Shown piece after piece: positions 36,274-46,814 of a stretch of 64,000 nt of DNA. The stretch is from an uncultured Acidimicrobiales bacterium (GTDB taxonomy: Bacteria; Actinomycetota; Acidimicrobiia; Acidimicrobiales; SZUA-35). A program made the position numbers and the translations under genes. How positions within the stretch are numbered: the stretch's first letter is position 1; every line of letters starts with the position of its first letter. The notes under the pieces are model-generated. The model searched no databases, was not told the DNA's origin, and saw only the letters and a list, made by a program, of their open reading frames with translations. Location: assembly GCA_937922805.1 (NCBI GenBank), contig CALAJV010000001.1, positions 98,560 through 162,559 of the forward strand, written 5' to 3'.

Positions 36274-37296
36274 TTAGAGCCGCTCCATGATCATTAGCGA
36301 TGCCGACGATTTGAGCACGGTGTTGGCTGACTTGTAAACTGTTCGATAACCGGCAGCGGCAAACTCAGATTCGATGAAGGCCGTCGTGACCGGTTCGTTG
36401 ACGCCACCGCTGCCAGGGTCGTCGGGATCCAACACCCGTTTTCCTTCGGTGGTGTTAAGCGACAAAACGTATCGGCATTGGTTGGCAGCCACCATCGAAA
36501 TGTAGTTAGCAACTACGTGCGGTTCCATTTCTTGAAACGAGTAGCTGTTCACAAACAAGTCGAACGGTCCTTTGACGTCTGGGAACTCCCACGACGGAAT
36601 CGATTTCGCTCGATCATCCCCGGGAAACACGTTCGAAAGGTAGTAGTCAGCCACCACCGTCAACGGAGGAATGTCGACGTCCAGATACTGCGCTTCAGGA
36701 TCGGACTTAAGCATGATCTCACCCAGTACACCGAACCCGCCGCCGATCTCAAGAACGGTTTTTGGTGGCGCTTCGACGTGATTTGAGAGCGCTGCTAGAC
36801 AAAGCAGATAGTTAAGCAGCGGCCGGCCGAAGACGGGGCCCCCTTGACCAAGCAGACTGTAGGCCTGCGGCATTTGTCCGATACGACTTTCGCCGAAGTT
36901 GAACTCCATCGGCCAACGATCCTGATTCCAAATAGCCTGAGCCATATCAAAGTCACGCTCGGCGTCAATTCGTCCATTCATCAACGTGTTAAAGCGGCCG
37001 GTATTTCGATGTCGTTTGTCGACCAGCTCGTTGATCTTGCTCACCACCTCATCGATCTCAGTTTGGCGCAGTCCGTATCCATAGATCGGGTAGAAGAAGC
37101 TATGAGCGCTAGTCCAAGACTTGAACTTCTCAACTCCACCCCCGTACTTGTACCAGTCTGACAGGAGAGTTCGAACGCCCAAATTCCAAAAGTTCGTTGG
37201 CAGGAACAGTGGGTCTTGCCCGGGCATAGCGGCCAAGACGGCGGCAAGTTTCGCGTCATAGTGGTCTTGGTTTAGATCAAGCGATATGGCACTCAT
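36274..37296 (-). CDS. SAM-dependent methyltransferase (putative sugar O-methyltransferase type)
   Basis: VLEIGGGFGVLGEIML SAM-binding motif in the middle of a 340-aa protein. This architecture matches what I recall for putative sugar O-methyltransferases. Confidence 0.65.
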   Translation of the reverse strand: MSAISLDLNQDHYDAKLAAVLAAMPGQDPLFLPTNFWNLGVRTLLSDWYKYGGGVEKFKSWTSAHSFFYPIYGYGLRQTEIDEVVSKINELVDKRHRNTGRFNTLMNGRIDAERDFDMAQAIWNQDRWPMEFNFGESRIGQMPQAYSLLGQGGPVFGRPLLNYLLCLAALSNHVEAPPKTVLEIGGGFGVLGEIMLKSDPEAQYLDVDIPPLTVVADYYLSNVFPGDDRAKSIPSWEFPDVKGPFDLFVNSYSFQEMEPHVVANYISMVAANQCRYVLSLNTTEGKRVLDPDDPGSGGVNEPVTTAFIESEFAAAGYRTVYKSANTVLKSSASLMIMERL

Positions 37297-37677
37297 AGGA
37301 GCAGCCTTTCCTTATTCTTGCGCTGAATAGTCATGCTCCGACATCGTCGATGATGCGGGTTGACCTAGCGGCGGCAGGGTCACAGCGATCCATAACGGTA
37401 CTCCATCTCGAAGACGGGTCGTGAGATTTCGGATGAAGTTGACCGCGCCGCCCGTGGACGTAAACGCTGGCCTTGGGCCCAATTGCCCAACTCGGAGCGT
37501 GCTACGCCGTAAGAACTAATTAGGGCATCAAATTATTACGGTCAGGCGCACCAGTTGATGCCGTTTCGTAACTAGGCCGACGCTTACGCCGTGATAACTT
37601 ATGGAACAATAGTTCCCACGAACCACTTGTTGATGCTGAGGGCATCTGCTCCATCATTGGATTCTGAGGGGAGAACC

Positions 37678-37824
37678 ATGAACAGCACAGCGGATAGACC
37701 AACCATCGGAGAGGCAACGATCCGACTGGACGCAATTGATGTGCGGCGGAATCGGCGAGATCACGCACTACGTCTGATGCAGCGACGGATTGAGAAGTCA
37801 ACCCGAATCGGGCCAGCGTTCTAG
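37678..37824 (+). CDS. Small basic protein (48 aa), hypothetical
   Basis: ATG preceded by GAGGGGAG at optimal spacing. The product is MNSTADRPTIGEATIRLDAIDVRRNRRDHALRLMQRRIEKSTRIGPAF. A strong terminator follows 40 nt later. Confidence 0.3.
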   Translation: MNSTADRPTIGEATIRLDAIDVRRNRRDHALRLMQRRIEKSTRIGPAF

Positions 37825-37863
37825 CAAGATTACGATCTCGACAATGTAGAAAGAGTAAGCCAG

Positions 37864-37902
37864 TGGCCACGTCTAATCGGCGTGGCCATTTGCTTTCTCT
37901 TT
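37864..37902 (+). terminator. Rho-independent terminator
   Basis: tggccacg (37864-37871) pairs with cgtggcca (37881-37888), followed by tttgctttctcttt. Confidence 0.5.
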
Positions 37903-37957
37903 AGCCAGCTCGACACTGGCAACCTGCCAAAAGTGGACCACCGCGCTACCAGATTCG

Positions 37958-38758
37958 CTATGCCAGCGCCTTTAGAATGGCCTTTGTCAGTTTGCTTGGT
38001 CGTTCAAGTGGGAGCATATGGCCAGCGTCAGGGATGACTATTTCGCGCGCAGCCGGCAGCAAGGATCGCCACTCGTTTCGGTAGACCTCAGGATAGAGGC
38101 GGTCTGAAGCCCCCCATATAAGGGCAGTTCGAGCTGCCACCCGGTAAAGCCGTTGGGCTAATCTTCGGTTTGGAATGGGGAACAGAATCTTGCCTGCCGT
38201 TCCCATTTGCCGGGCTCGGTTGACCATGAATTCAGCCAACGCTTCGTTGTCGTTGAAATTCCGACCGGCGGTAAGCAACTGCTCGCCGAGCTCCTGATCG
38301 TGAAATAGTGACGTTGCTAGCTCGTAGGGCAACATAGCGAAGATGTCAGGGACCGGGCACTGATCGACCCAAAGTCCGGCTGGAGCGATCAAGACAAGCT
38401 CGGACAGATCCTTTGGTGCGGTGGCGGCCATCTCGGCCGCGATCATCCCGCCCATTGAATGACCAACGATGATTGGTTTTGTCAAGCCCATCGCGTCGAC
38501 CAGATCCCAGCCATGCAGGGTGAAGTCCAGCATTGTCTCGATGCGGGTTTCGGTTTCGTCCGGACCGAAGCCAGGCCAGACAGGAGCATGCACGGTGAAG
38601 TGCTTAGCCAACTTCTGTAACAAGCGATCGGTTGACTGAACTCCAAACGCACTATGCAAGTACACCAGGGCCGGGCCGGTACCTCCGGTTAGCACCTCAC
38701 CGGTGATGCCGTTTCTGGTCTCAAGCCTCTTGACGTTGAGCTCACTCATTGATGTCAA
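37958..38758 (-). CDS. Alpha/beta hydrolase
   Basis: Nucleophile elbow GHSMGG, oxyanion-region LVYLHSAFG and C-terminal His (GHMLPLE). Confidence 0.8.
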   Translation of the reverse strand: MTSMSELNVKRLETRNGITGEVLTGGTGPALVYLHSAFGVQSTDRLLQKLAKHFTVHAPVWPGFGPDETETRIETMLDFTLHGWDLVDAMGLTKPIIVGHSMGGMIAAEMAATAPKDLSELVLIAPAGLWVDQCPVPDIFAMLPYELATSLFHDQELGEQLLTAGRNFNDNEALAEFMVNRARQMGTAGKILFPIPNRRLAQRLYRVAARTALIWGASDRLYPEVYRNEWRSLLPAAREIVIPDAGHMLPLERPSKLTKAILKALA

Positions 38759-40037
38759 GTCCGGTACCTGATGATGGTCGTGGATCTTCGGCTGGTAGCC
38801 GGGCTGCCGCTATAGAATCGGCGTGACGAACTCGGTTCGACTGAGGACGTGGCCACCATCGAGGGTCGTCTTCTAGTTCCGGCCACATATCTTTCAGTTG
38901 AGGCATTACTTTTTCGCCGAACAGTTGCGTTGAGTATCGGACTTTCCAATCGGGCATGTCGCCCATATGCATCAAGCAAAACACAGTTCCGACCCGGAGT
39001 GTCTTGATCATGTGTTCCATCTGTTCCCGAACCGTGTCTGGGCTACCAGCGATCACGTAGCCCCGTTCGACCAAGTCGGCCCACGTAAGGTTTTGGAAGA
39101 TCTCTTGGTTTTCTTTTCTTAATTGATCGAGCTTTCCCGCCTTTATCGTTTTGAGTGTTCGATACCCTGGCGGGTCGCTAAAGCCAGGATGAACGTGCAG
39201 GCAACGGTTGAAGAAATACAAGATGTGTTCGGCGTACAGTTCTTCGGCTTCAGCGTCAGAATCAGCGACACAAATGATCTGTGCAAACGCGGCCCGACCG
39301 GGAGATTCGTCTTTGTCTAACTCACTCACTCGGTCCCAGTAGCGTTCGAGCAATGCGTGGCCAGCTTTGTAGCCGTTGAAGCTGAGATAGGAGTAGTTGT
39401 AGTCGTTTTCGAGGCAGAAGTCCCATGTTTCAATGGACCCGCCACCTGGGATGTAGACCGGCGGTCTCGGCTTCTGGATCGGCTTGGGCCAGCAATTCAC
39501 ATACCGAAGTTGGTTGTACTTGCCGTCAAACGCAAACGGTTCATCTTCAGTCCAGGCCCGAACGATCAATTCATGGGCTTCTGCGTATTTGTCTCGGGTT
39601 AGTGCTGGAATTTGGCCGTAACAGAAGTTCGTGTCCATTGGAGTGCCGACTGGGAACCCAGCTACCAGTCGACCACCCGAGATGCAGTCCAACATTGCAA
39701 ACTCTTCAGCTACGCGGATAGGTGGATTATAGAGAGCAATTGAGTTGCCAATAACGCAAAGGGCGGCGTCAGAAGTTCGACGAGCCAAACCAGCGGCAAT
39801 GATGTTTGGACTAGGCATGATGCCGTAGCCATTCTGATGATGCTCGTTGACGCCGATACCGTCGAATCCAACTTCTTCGGCGTACTCCAACTGGTCCATG
39901 TAGGTGTGGTACACCTCGTTGGCACGCTCCGGGTCGAAAAGTTTGGAATCGATGTCGACCCAGACCGACCGGTTTGTCTCCCTGAAATCATCGGGAAGAT
40001 CAGGCCAAGGCATGAGATTGAACCAACAGAATTTCAT
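38742..40037 (-). CDS. LLM-class flavin-dependent oxidoreductase (luciferase-like monooxygenase)
   Basis: 431 aa. The N-terminus (MKFCWFNLMPWP...) and the TIM-barrel-like pattern (VNEHHQNGYG, GRLVAGFPVG) are typical of this class. It overlaps the hydrolase gene by 17 nt. Confidence 0.7.
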   Translation of the reverse strand: MKFCWFNLMPWPDLPDDFRETNRSVWVDIDSKLFDPERANEVYHTYMDQLEYAEEVGFDGIGVNEHHQNGYGIMPSPNIIAAGLARRTSDAALCVIGNSIALYNPPIRVAEEFAMLDCISGGRLVAGFPVGTPMDTNFCYGQIPALTRDKYAEAHELIVRAWTEDEPFAFDGKYNQLRYVNCWPKPIQKPRPPVYIPGGGSIETWDFCLENDYNYSYLSFNGYKAGHALLERYWDRVSELDKDESPGRAAFAQIICVADSDAEAEELYAEHILYFFNRCLHVHPGFSDPPGYRTLKTIKAGKLDQLRKENQEIFQNLTWADLVERGYVIAGSPDTVREQMEHMIKTLRVGTVFCLMHMGDMPDWKVRYSTQLFGEKVMPQLKDMWPELEDDPRWWPRPQSNRVRHADSIAAARLPAEDPRPSSGTGLDINE

Positions 40038-40131
40038 AGACGTGATCTCCCGGGCGTTTCCTAACCCAAGAGTACATTGGCGTCGCTGCGCTACGAAATC
40101 GGCACCCGTCTAGTTACGCGGTGGCAACGAC

Positions 40132-40965
40132 TTATTGCGGCGCTGCTGGAAGCAATCGACCAGTGACGGCGTGGGCATCGATTCGCTTGGCCACGAATCC
40201 CGAGCTCAATGCAGCTTCGACGAAGACCTTCAAATAGTCAATCCCGGCCTGGTCCCGACCCTTCGGCGTGCCGACCGCCTGTTGAACTGTTGCGAACCGG
40301 CCGTCGAGGAGCCGAGAACCGGGAACCTCCTCGGCGTCTTTCAGTAGACCGGGTCGGAGGCCAGCTAGCACGTCTAGTTTCTGAGCCTTGAATTCAGCCA
40401 GCGACTCGGAGGCACTCGCGGTGTGGATGATCTCCGCTTCAGAGATATTGCGATCTAGCCAAAGGGTGTATGCCGCTCTAGCCTTGGTCACGATCTTTAC
40501 ACCCGCTTGGTCGACCTGATCAATAGCGGTGATGGTGGAGCCCGGCTGCACCAAATAGCCGCCTTCGATTTCACAATACGGCGGCGTGAACCAGATGTGT
40601 TCGGCTCGGACTGGATCAGCGCCGATGTTGCCGATGTCCCAACTATCAGTTTGTGCTCCATCGGCCAGCTGACCTGGGCTTGGGTAGGTGATCAGTTCCA
40701 GACCTACACCAAGCGCCTCGGCGATAGCGGCGGCCATATCGGGCGAAACGCCGATGGGGTTCCCGTTGGCCGCCTTATTGGTAACAAGCAAAAAGTTGCT
40801 GAGGTTTATGGCGGCTCGAAGAATACCGGTGGGAGCGAGCGCTGCAACGGCCGCTGATGAAGGTGAAGGCAAAGTGTCGATTCTTCGACTGTACCAACTC
40901 GTTCCCGACGAGCAGCCCGGCGTTTCTGCCGCATCCGCCAGACCACACTCGTGGTGCTGATTCAC
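40132..40965 (-). CDS. Solute-binding protein, family 3 (polar amino acid type)
   Basis: LRAAINLSNFLLV...GVSPDMAAAIAEALGV...WDIGNIGADPVRAEHIWFTPPY pattern. The N-terminal region is atypical, so the true start may be internal. No permease or ATPase is adjacent. Confidence 0.6.
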   Translation of the reverse strand: MNQHHECGLADAAETPGCSSGTSWYSRRIDTLPSPSSAAVAALAPTGILRAAINLSNFLLVTNKAANGNPIGVSPDMAAAIAEALGVGLELITYPSPGQLADGAQTDSWDIGNIGADPVRAEHIWFTPPYCEIEGGYLVQPGSTITAIDQVDQAGVKIVTKARAAYTLWLDRNISEAEIIHTASASESLAEFKAQKLDVLAGLRPGLLKDAEEVPGSRLLDGRFATVQQAVGTPKGRDQAGIDYLKVFVEAALSSGFVAKRIDAHAVTGRLLPAAPQ

Positions 40966-41064
40966 CGGTGAGGTCGGGAACTGGACAACAGCTACACGTT
41001 GGTTGAGCCAACTTAGCTACCAACCTCGTCGTGTTAGTACTATCCATAACTAGTCGCGAACCGT

Positions 41065-41580
41065 TTGGAGCTAGCTGTGCCTCTTCACCATGTTGCTTAT
41101 GCCACCAAAGACGTGGAAGCTACTACGCATTTCTATGAGAACCTCATGGGGTTTCCACTGGTTCACACCGAGATACAGGCCATGGGCGACAGCTGGGTCC
41201 GCCATGTGTTCTACGACATCGGACCGAATGAAACCGGTGATGCAGAGTCGATAGCGTTCTTCGAATTCAATCAAATTGGAGAGCAGCCTGAATGGACGAC
41301 TGATGTTTCCGACGGTGTTGGCTTACCGTTTTGGGTGAATCACTGCGCCTTCCGAGCGACAGAAGAAAAACAGCAAGAGGTGCGGGCCCGGATGGAAGCC
41401 GAAGGAATCGAACCGGTCATGGAGCAGGATCACGGCTGGTGCCATTCGGTCTACTACATGGACCCGAACAACATAATGGTTGAACTCTGTCGTGACAGCC
41501 CAGGATTCACTCCCGACCCGATCGAAGCAAAACGGTTACTAACTGTCGACCCAACCGACAATGACTCACCAGACAACTAG
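41065..41580 (+). CDS. VOC family protein (glyoxalase/dioxygenase fold)
   Basis: LHHVAYATKDVEATTHFYENLMGFPLV and HCAFRATEE metal-ligand-like positions. Confidence 0.7.
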   Translation: MELAVPLHHVAYATKDVEATTHFYENLMGFPLVHTEIQAMGDSWVRHVFYDIGPNETGDAESIAFFEFNQIGEQPEWTTDVSDGVGLPFWVNHCAFRATEEKQQEVRARMEAEGIEPVMEQDHGWCHSVYYMDPNNIMVELCRDSPGFTPDPIEAKRLLTVDPTDNDSPDN

Positions 41581-41595
41581 AAAGCGCAGGTAGCG

Positions 41596-42240
41596 ATGCC
41601 CCGATTGCGGCAAGTACCAAAAGCCGATGCTCATAAGTTCGGTCAAGCGATGTACACGTTGTTGTTCGGAGAGCGAGACCCGGTTGAGCAGCCGGGAACA
41701 GCCAGTGGGACTCCCGGGAATTGGTGGACCGTGTTCGCTTTAGTCCCTGATGCGTTCGATCACACCACCAGCGGTTTCCAGTTTTACCGTTCCCCCGATC
41801 GGATACTTGATCCTAAGCTTCGGGAGCTAGGCCAAACGAGAGCGGGATGGACTACCGGCAGCCAGTTCGTCTTCAGTCAACACAGTAAAGCCTGTCGTGA
41901 CATCGGTTTCACCGACGAACAAGTTGCAGCAATACCTTCCTGGTCGGTAGCTAACTGTTGGACTCCGGTGGAGCGAGCGGTATTGGCCTACACCGACTGT
42001 CTTACTCTGCAACACGGTCGCGTTCCAGAAGCACTTTTTGATGAGCTGAAACGACACTTATCAGACGAAGAAATACTGGAATTCACCTACATCACTTGCA
42101 CCTACGCCATGCACGCCACGATGTCCAAGGCCTTGCGGCTTGAATACGATGATGTTGACGATCCGGTAGTCGAAATGCCTGATTTAGCAGGCAACTTCGC
42201 TGGCCTTGACGTGATGTCGGTAGTCGACGAAACCGAATAG
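41596..42240 (+). CDS. Carboxymuconolactone decarboxylase (AhpD-like) family protein
   Basis: All-helical, 214 aa, with the C-terminal half pattern LRELGQTRAGWTTGSQFVFSQH...ERAVLAYTDCL as in the CMD family. Confidence 0.5.
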   Translation: MPRLRQVPKADAHKFGQAMYTLLFGERDPVEQPGTASGTPGNWWTVFALVPDAFDHTTSGFQFYRSPDRILDPKLRELGQTRAGWTTGSQFVFSQHSKACRDIGFTDEQVAAIPSWSVANCWTPVERAVLAYTDCLTLQHGRVPEALFDELKRHLSDEEILEFTYITCTYAMHATMSKALRLEYDDVDDPVVEMPDLAGNFAGLDVMSVVDETE

Positions 42241-42251
42241 CTCAGCCCCTA

Positions 42252-43547
42252 CTAGGGATCGACATCCTCGCTAGCTCGAATATCTTCGAACCGATCAACC
42301 CGCCTAAGCGTTGGGAAAACCAGCGCTCCAATGCCGACCACAGCCAACGTTCCAATGCCGCCCCCAACCACCGCCCACAGGATTCCGAATGCGGCCGCGG
42401 CCAAGCCTGATTCCAGTGCTCCTAACTCATTCGAACCGCCAATAAAGATATTCTCGACCGCGAGAATTCTGCCCCGCATTGCTTCAGGGGTGGCGAGTGG
42501 AACAATGGTGGCGCGAATAAATACGCTCACCGCATCGGCCGCGCTCAAGGCCAGGATGGCAACAAAGGCAACGATGTAAGAGCGGGTGAGCCCCAGCACG
42601 ATCGTGGCCGATCCGAAGACCGTGATCGCTACGAACAATATGGCGCCAACGTGGCGTCGAATAGGTCTTATGGCAAGGAGAGAAGCAGTTATTAGCGCTC
42701 CGACCCCGATGGCCGAATAGAGAAAACCGACTGCGTCTTCGCTGACACCAAGTCGTTTCTCTCCTATTGCTGGCAACAACGCCACAGCTCCTCCGAACAA
42801 AACAGCGAACAAGTCCAACGTGATAGCGCCGAAGACGACCGGCGATTGGCGGATAAATCGTAAGCCATCGATTGCGTCACGGATTGCTTGGGCCGGACCG
42901 GTGTCGGTTGTTAGCTGACGAACCCTGGAGGCAGGCACGAACGATAGGCAGACGACGGTGCCAGCAAATCCGGCGAGGACAACGGCGAATGGCAGCCAAC
43001 GGTTAACCACAAAAAGCAACCCGGCAATGATTGGGCCGATGATATTGGCTGATTGAAAGGCGACGGATCGAAGAGCGACGATACGTTCGACCTTGTCAAT
43101 CGGAGCCAGATCAATGGGCAAGGCCCGACTAGCTGGAGCGACGAAGGACCGAGCAGAACCAAACACCAGAACTAGGCCCAGGATTGGGCCGATCGATGAG
43201 ATATCAGATCGGGCAAATAGTAGAAACCCAACTGAGGCCGCGGCCTCAACGATCACGCCACAAGCGAAAACGAACCTTCGATCGTACCGATCAGCGAACG
43301 AACCGCTGAACGGAGCCAGCAAAAACAAGGGAGCGAATTCGGCCAACCCAAGCAGGCCAAGATGTAGCTCCTCGCCCGTAATGTCATAGACCAACAAGCT
43401 AAGGGCAACCACCTGAGCACTTGTCGCCAGCCGGTTGGTGAACAACGCAGCGATTAGAATCCATACACCCTTAGGGATGGACGTCAACGAAGAACTAGCA
43501 TCTCCGCTGTTCGCGTCAAAGCTGTCGACGTTCTCCGATTGGGCCAT
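42252..43547 (-). CDS. MFS transporter
   Basis: About 12 hydrophobic segments. Loop 2-3 motif GSFADRYDRRFV. Confidence 0.8.
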   Translation of the reverse strand: MAQSENVDSFDANSGDASSSLTSIPKGVWILIAALFTNRLATSAQVVALSLLVYDITGEELHLGLLGLAEFAPLFLLAPFSGSFADRYDRRFVFACGVIVEAAASVGFLLFARSDISSIGPILGLVLVFGSARSFVAPASRALPIDLAPIDKVERIVALRSVAFQSANIIGPIIAGLLFVVNRWLPFAVVLAGFAGTVVCLSFVPASRVRQLTTDTGPAQAIRDAIDGLRFIRQSPVVFGAITLDLFAVLFGGAVALLPAIGEKRLGVSEDAVGFLYSAIGVGALITASLLAIRPIRRHVGAILFVAITVFGSATIVLGLTRSYIVAFVAILALSAADAVSVFIRATIVPLATPEAMRGRILAVENIFIGGSNELGALESGLAAAAFGILWAVVGGGIGTLAVVGIGALVFPTLRRVDRFEDIRASEDVDP

Positions 43548-43665
43548 AGTTGTGGCAACACCCTACCGCGGTCAGTCTTTCAGGTGTTTATCCTGAAAGC
43601 CGTCGACACCCTTTGTGGATGTCTTGGTTGCGAGAAGACCGAATGAAGGCCCGGTCGACCTAGTC

Positions 43666-45105
43666 CTATCCAACCAGAATGGCCTCAAGTTCGGACCGAC
43701 TTGGACCTGGAGGTGGTTCAAGGGTACGAGCCAAGGATCGAACCTTGTTATCCAATCCTTCCTCAACCAAAACCTGTTCCTTGGTTTTATGTAGAGTGAA
43801 GATGTCCATGTAACCACGCAGCACCTCCGGGTCGGCCATCAAAGCCGCCGGCATCAGTTCGTAGGTTGCCTCGACCGAATCGGCTGCTACATCGTGGCTG
43901 TGGCCTGCGATCTGAGCGTTGATCTGATCGAGACGGTACTTATCAGTGTTAACCGTGTCGTCGTACCATGGCCTTACTTGCTCGTCAGTTCGTTGCCACC
44001 AGGTTCGGGCAAAAGCCACCGGGTCTTCGATCGACTGTTCCCGTAGGTGGTCGCGTAGCGCTATCGAATGGACCAACCCCATAGATGCCCCACGGCCGAC
44101 CGAGGGATTGGTGCTGGCCCAAGAGTCTCCGACCGCCACTAACCCAGTCGCCACTGGTTCACCGTCGACAGTAAAGTTACGAATCCGGTCCTGCAGACCA
44201 GCCATGACCGTAACCTCGTCATCGAAGGGTTCGCCGTCGTGCCAGTGGGCAACGAGCGGGTACGACCGCCAGAGTTTTTCGAACAGTTCAGGATCTTTGG
44301 CTCGGCGCATAACTTTGTCGCCGGAAGCAGCAATAATCCCGCAGAACCAGGTGCCGTGGTCAGCCGGAAGCGTTAACGTGCTGACCGTTTCGTAGTGTTG
44401 TAAGCCGCCACCTATAGCGGCGGGCAGCGTTCCGTCGGGCGATGAGAACGTCCGACCGAAATATACGAAACCCGAATCATCTTCAACGGTAGTTGGTTCG
44501 GTTCCACCGGCTGCTACGAGCAGCCGAGGCAGGCTCGAGGCCCGACCTGACGCATCGATTACCAGGTCGGCGAACAGCTCTTCACCCTGGTCGGTACGAA
44601 CACCGCACACGTTAATCGGGTCGTTAGTAAGACGTTCGGCATCGGAAGTAAGAAGTTCGCTAACTACGGTTCCTCGTCGGATGGTCACCCCAGACAGTGT
44701 TTCCACGAAGTTGGCGATGGCTGCCTCGATCATTGGGCGGCGTCCGGTTAAGGACGTAAATCGCTCATCACCGGGTCGGCGACCACCAGTAACCGACTCC
44801 GGAATCGGTTCGAAAAAATCGATTTTGTTGGCTCCCGCCGCTTCCAGCGCTACCGCTAGCTCAGGAAGTTCTTTTTGCAGCTCATGATAGAACCGAGGCA
44901 AAAACAGATGTCCGAGCCGGAATTGACGAACCCCAGTTCGTTCCCAATCAGTGAACGCTTCGGATGCCACTTCGTCGGCATCAGCGTCTCCGGGCGGTCT
45001 CGCTGGGTCGCGCTCGAGCACGGTAACTTGATGGTTATCACCACTCAGCAGCGCAGCTGACAACATCCCGCAGATTCCGCCACCAATGATCACAAAGGAA
45101 CTCAT
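43666..45105 (-). CDS. FAD-dependent oxidoreductase
   Basis: N-terminal dinucleotide-binding motif FVIIGGGICGMLSAALL...VTVLER. The ATG at 45105 is preferred, while the track ORF extends to a GTG at 45132. Confidence 0.7.
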   Translation of the reverse strand: MSSFVIIGGGICGMLSAALLSGDNHQVTVLERDPARPPGDADADEVASEAFTDWERTGVRQFRLGHLFLPRFYHELQKELPELAVALEAAGANKIDFFEPIPESVTGGRRPGDERFTSLTGRRPMIEAAIANFVETLSGVTIRRGTVVSELLTSDAERLTNDPINVCGVRTDQGEELFADLVIDASGRASSLPRLLVAAGGTEPTTVEDDSGFVYFGRTFSSPDGTLPAAIGGGLQHYETVSTLTLPADHGTWFCGIIAASGDKVMRRAKDPELFEKLWRSYPLVAHWHDGEPFDDEVTVMAGLQDRIRNFTVDGEPVATGLVAVGDSWASTNPSVGRGASMGLVHSIALRDHLREQSIEDPVAFARTWWQRTDEQVRPWYDDTVNTDKYRLDQINAQIAGHSHDVAADSVEATYELMPAALMADPEVLRGYMDIFTLHKTKEQVLVEEGLDNKVRSLARTLEPPPGPSRSELEAILVG

Positions 45106-45162
45106 GTCCCAACTCTTACATATCTCTATCACGGTGAGAGAACCGAAGGGACCTAATGAGAC

Positions 45163-46755
45163 TTATGGCAACGGTGGCAGCGAATCTCCATAGATCCAGT
45201 CATCAAAAAAGTCTCCGAGTTCCTGCTTGCTTACTTCTTCGCTAACGGCAACGAAGTCTGCCGTTGAAGCGGTCTTACCACCAAATCGATCGATGTAGGT
45301 TCTGAGGATCTCGAAGAAGGCGTCATCTCCGACGGTGAGGCGCAAGGCGTGGAGCGCTAGTCCACCTCTAAAGTACACAGCTGGCGAGAACAAGTTCGAC
45401 GGCGGAGGGCTTCCAGGTGGATCCCCAACAAATTCGGAAGGCAGAAACGAATGGAGCAGCGACATCTCGTCGTTGATGTTATAGCCAGGGGTCGAAGCCT
45501 CAGCCCACAGAAATTCGCTGTACGTGGCGAATCCTTCGTTCAGCCAAATATCTTCCCAATCACCGACGCTGACATGGTTACCGAACCATTGATGCGCGAG
45601 CTCATGAGCGACAATATTTTCAGTTTGAAGCGTGCCTACTAGATCGGACCCAAAAATCGAAAGCGTCTGCGTTTCTAGAGCGAAGCCCAGGGGCTGATTC
45701 ACAACCACTGCCCCGTACTCATCAAACGGATACGGACCGAACAATTCAGCAAACTCTTCGACCATCTGCCCGGCGTTGCTCATCGTCAGTTCTGTTTCTT
45801 CTGCGATACCAACTTCACTAACGTTGCGGATCGTCACTGTCTTGCCTGGGCCGCCGGCAACCTCCGATTCGGGCAAGAATTCAAGCTTTCCGATCACTAC
45901 GATCGTCAAATAGGAGGCCTGCTCATTATCGGCTTCGAAAATCCATTGATGGGGTTCACCGGTCGAAGTGGTCGGGAGTTCAGAACGTCGTTCGCCGTTA
46001 GCCGCCACTTGCAAATCATCGGGAACCGTTACTGCAATCTGGTATGTAGCTTTGTCGAGCGGGTGGTCGTTCACCGGAAACCAGCCAGAGGCTCCGAACG
46101 GCTCACCAGCAACAAACACGATCTCCCCATCGTCGATCCAACCATCGTTCGGTGACCCGGCAATACCGGCAACCGGCGCCGGCGTCCCTTCATAGTGGAC
46201 GGTTACCTTCACCTGTTCGGAAGCAGCCAACGGTTCCTCAGCCCAGATCGTAAGCTCTTGGGCATCCCGCGCAAATCCGGCGAGCTCATCGTCGATCTCA
46301 ACCATGGTCACGGTCAACCCAGAAAGGTCAAGGTTAAAACTGGCCAACTCCTCAGACGGTGTCAGGTCTAAGGTGGCTACCGCTTCAATGCCGCGGGTAT
46401 CCGGGTCGAAAACAATATCTAAGTCATAGTGGCTGATGTCGTATCCACCATTGCCAAGATTTGGGTAGTACGAATCACCGACTCCGTCGGCGCCTACCGC
46501 ACCGGACGACGGAGGCTCGAAACCGGCGCTGCCAGCAGTATCGGATGATCTATCCCTCTCGCGTAGCCCCTCGGGCGCATCACTCGGATCCGAACGATCG
46601 CTTGGTTGACTCGACGTTGTCGTCTCAGTCGATTCAACGGTCGAGTTTGGATTGGCTTTCTGCGAGCCAAGAGTTGCACTTTCTCCGCAACTAGCCGCGA
46701 CCAAGAGCAGGCAACAGGCAACTAGCCCCCATTTCGGTTTCAACCCACTGGTCAT
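45163..46755 (-). CDS. M1-family zinc metallopeptidase (aminopeptidase N-like) lipoprotein
   Basis: HELAHQWFGN...WLNEGFATY (HExxH-18-E), exopeptidase-motif-like GFALETQ and lipobox LVAASC-GE. Confidence 0.85.
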   Translation of the reverse strand: MTSGLKPKWGLVACCLLLVAASCGESATLGSQKANPNSTVESTETTTSSQPSDRSDPSDAPEGLRERDRSSDTAGSAGFEPPSSGAVGADGVGDSYYPNLGNGGYDISHYDLDIVFDPDTRGIEAVATLDLTPSEELASFNLDLSGLTVTMVEIDDELAGFARDAQELTIWAEEPLAASEQVKVTVHYEGTPAPVAGIAGSPNDGWIDDGEIVFVAGEPFGASGWFPVNDHPLDKATYQIAVTVPDDLQVAANGERRSELPTTSTGEPHQWIFEADNEQASYLTIVVIGKLEFLPESEVAGGPGKTVTIRNVSEVGIAEETELTMSNAGQMVEEFAELFGPYPFDEYGAVVVNQPLGFALETQTLSIFGSDLVGTLQTENIVAHELAHQWFGNHVSVGDWEDIWLNEGFATYSEFLWAEASTPGYNINDEMSLLHSFLPSEFVGDPPGSPPPSNLFSPAVYFRGGLALHALRLTVGDDAFFEILRTYIDRFGGKTASTADFVAVSEEVSKQELGDFFDDWIYGDSLPPLP

Positions 46756-46814
46756 TTCACGAGCGTAGTGGACTCAGGGTTCGGGAGCATCCCACCTACG
46801 ACTTAGCGCCAACG

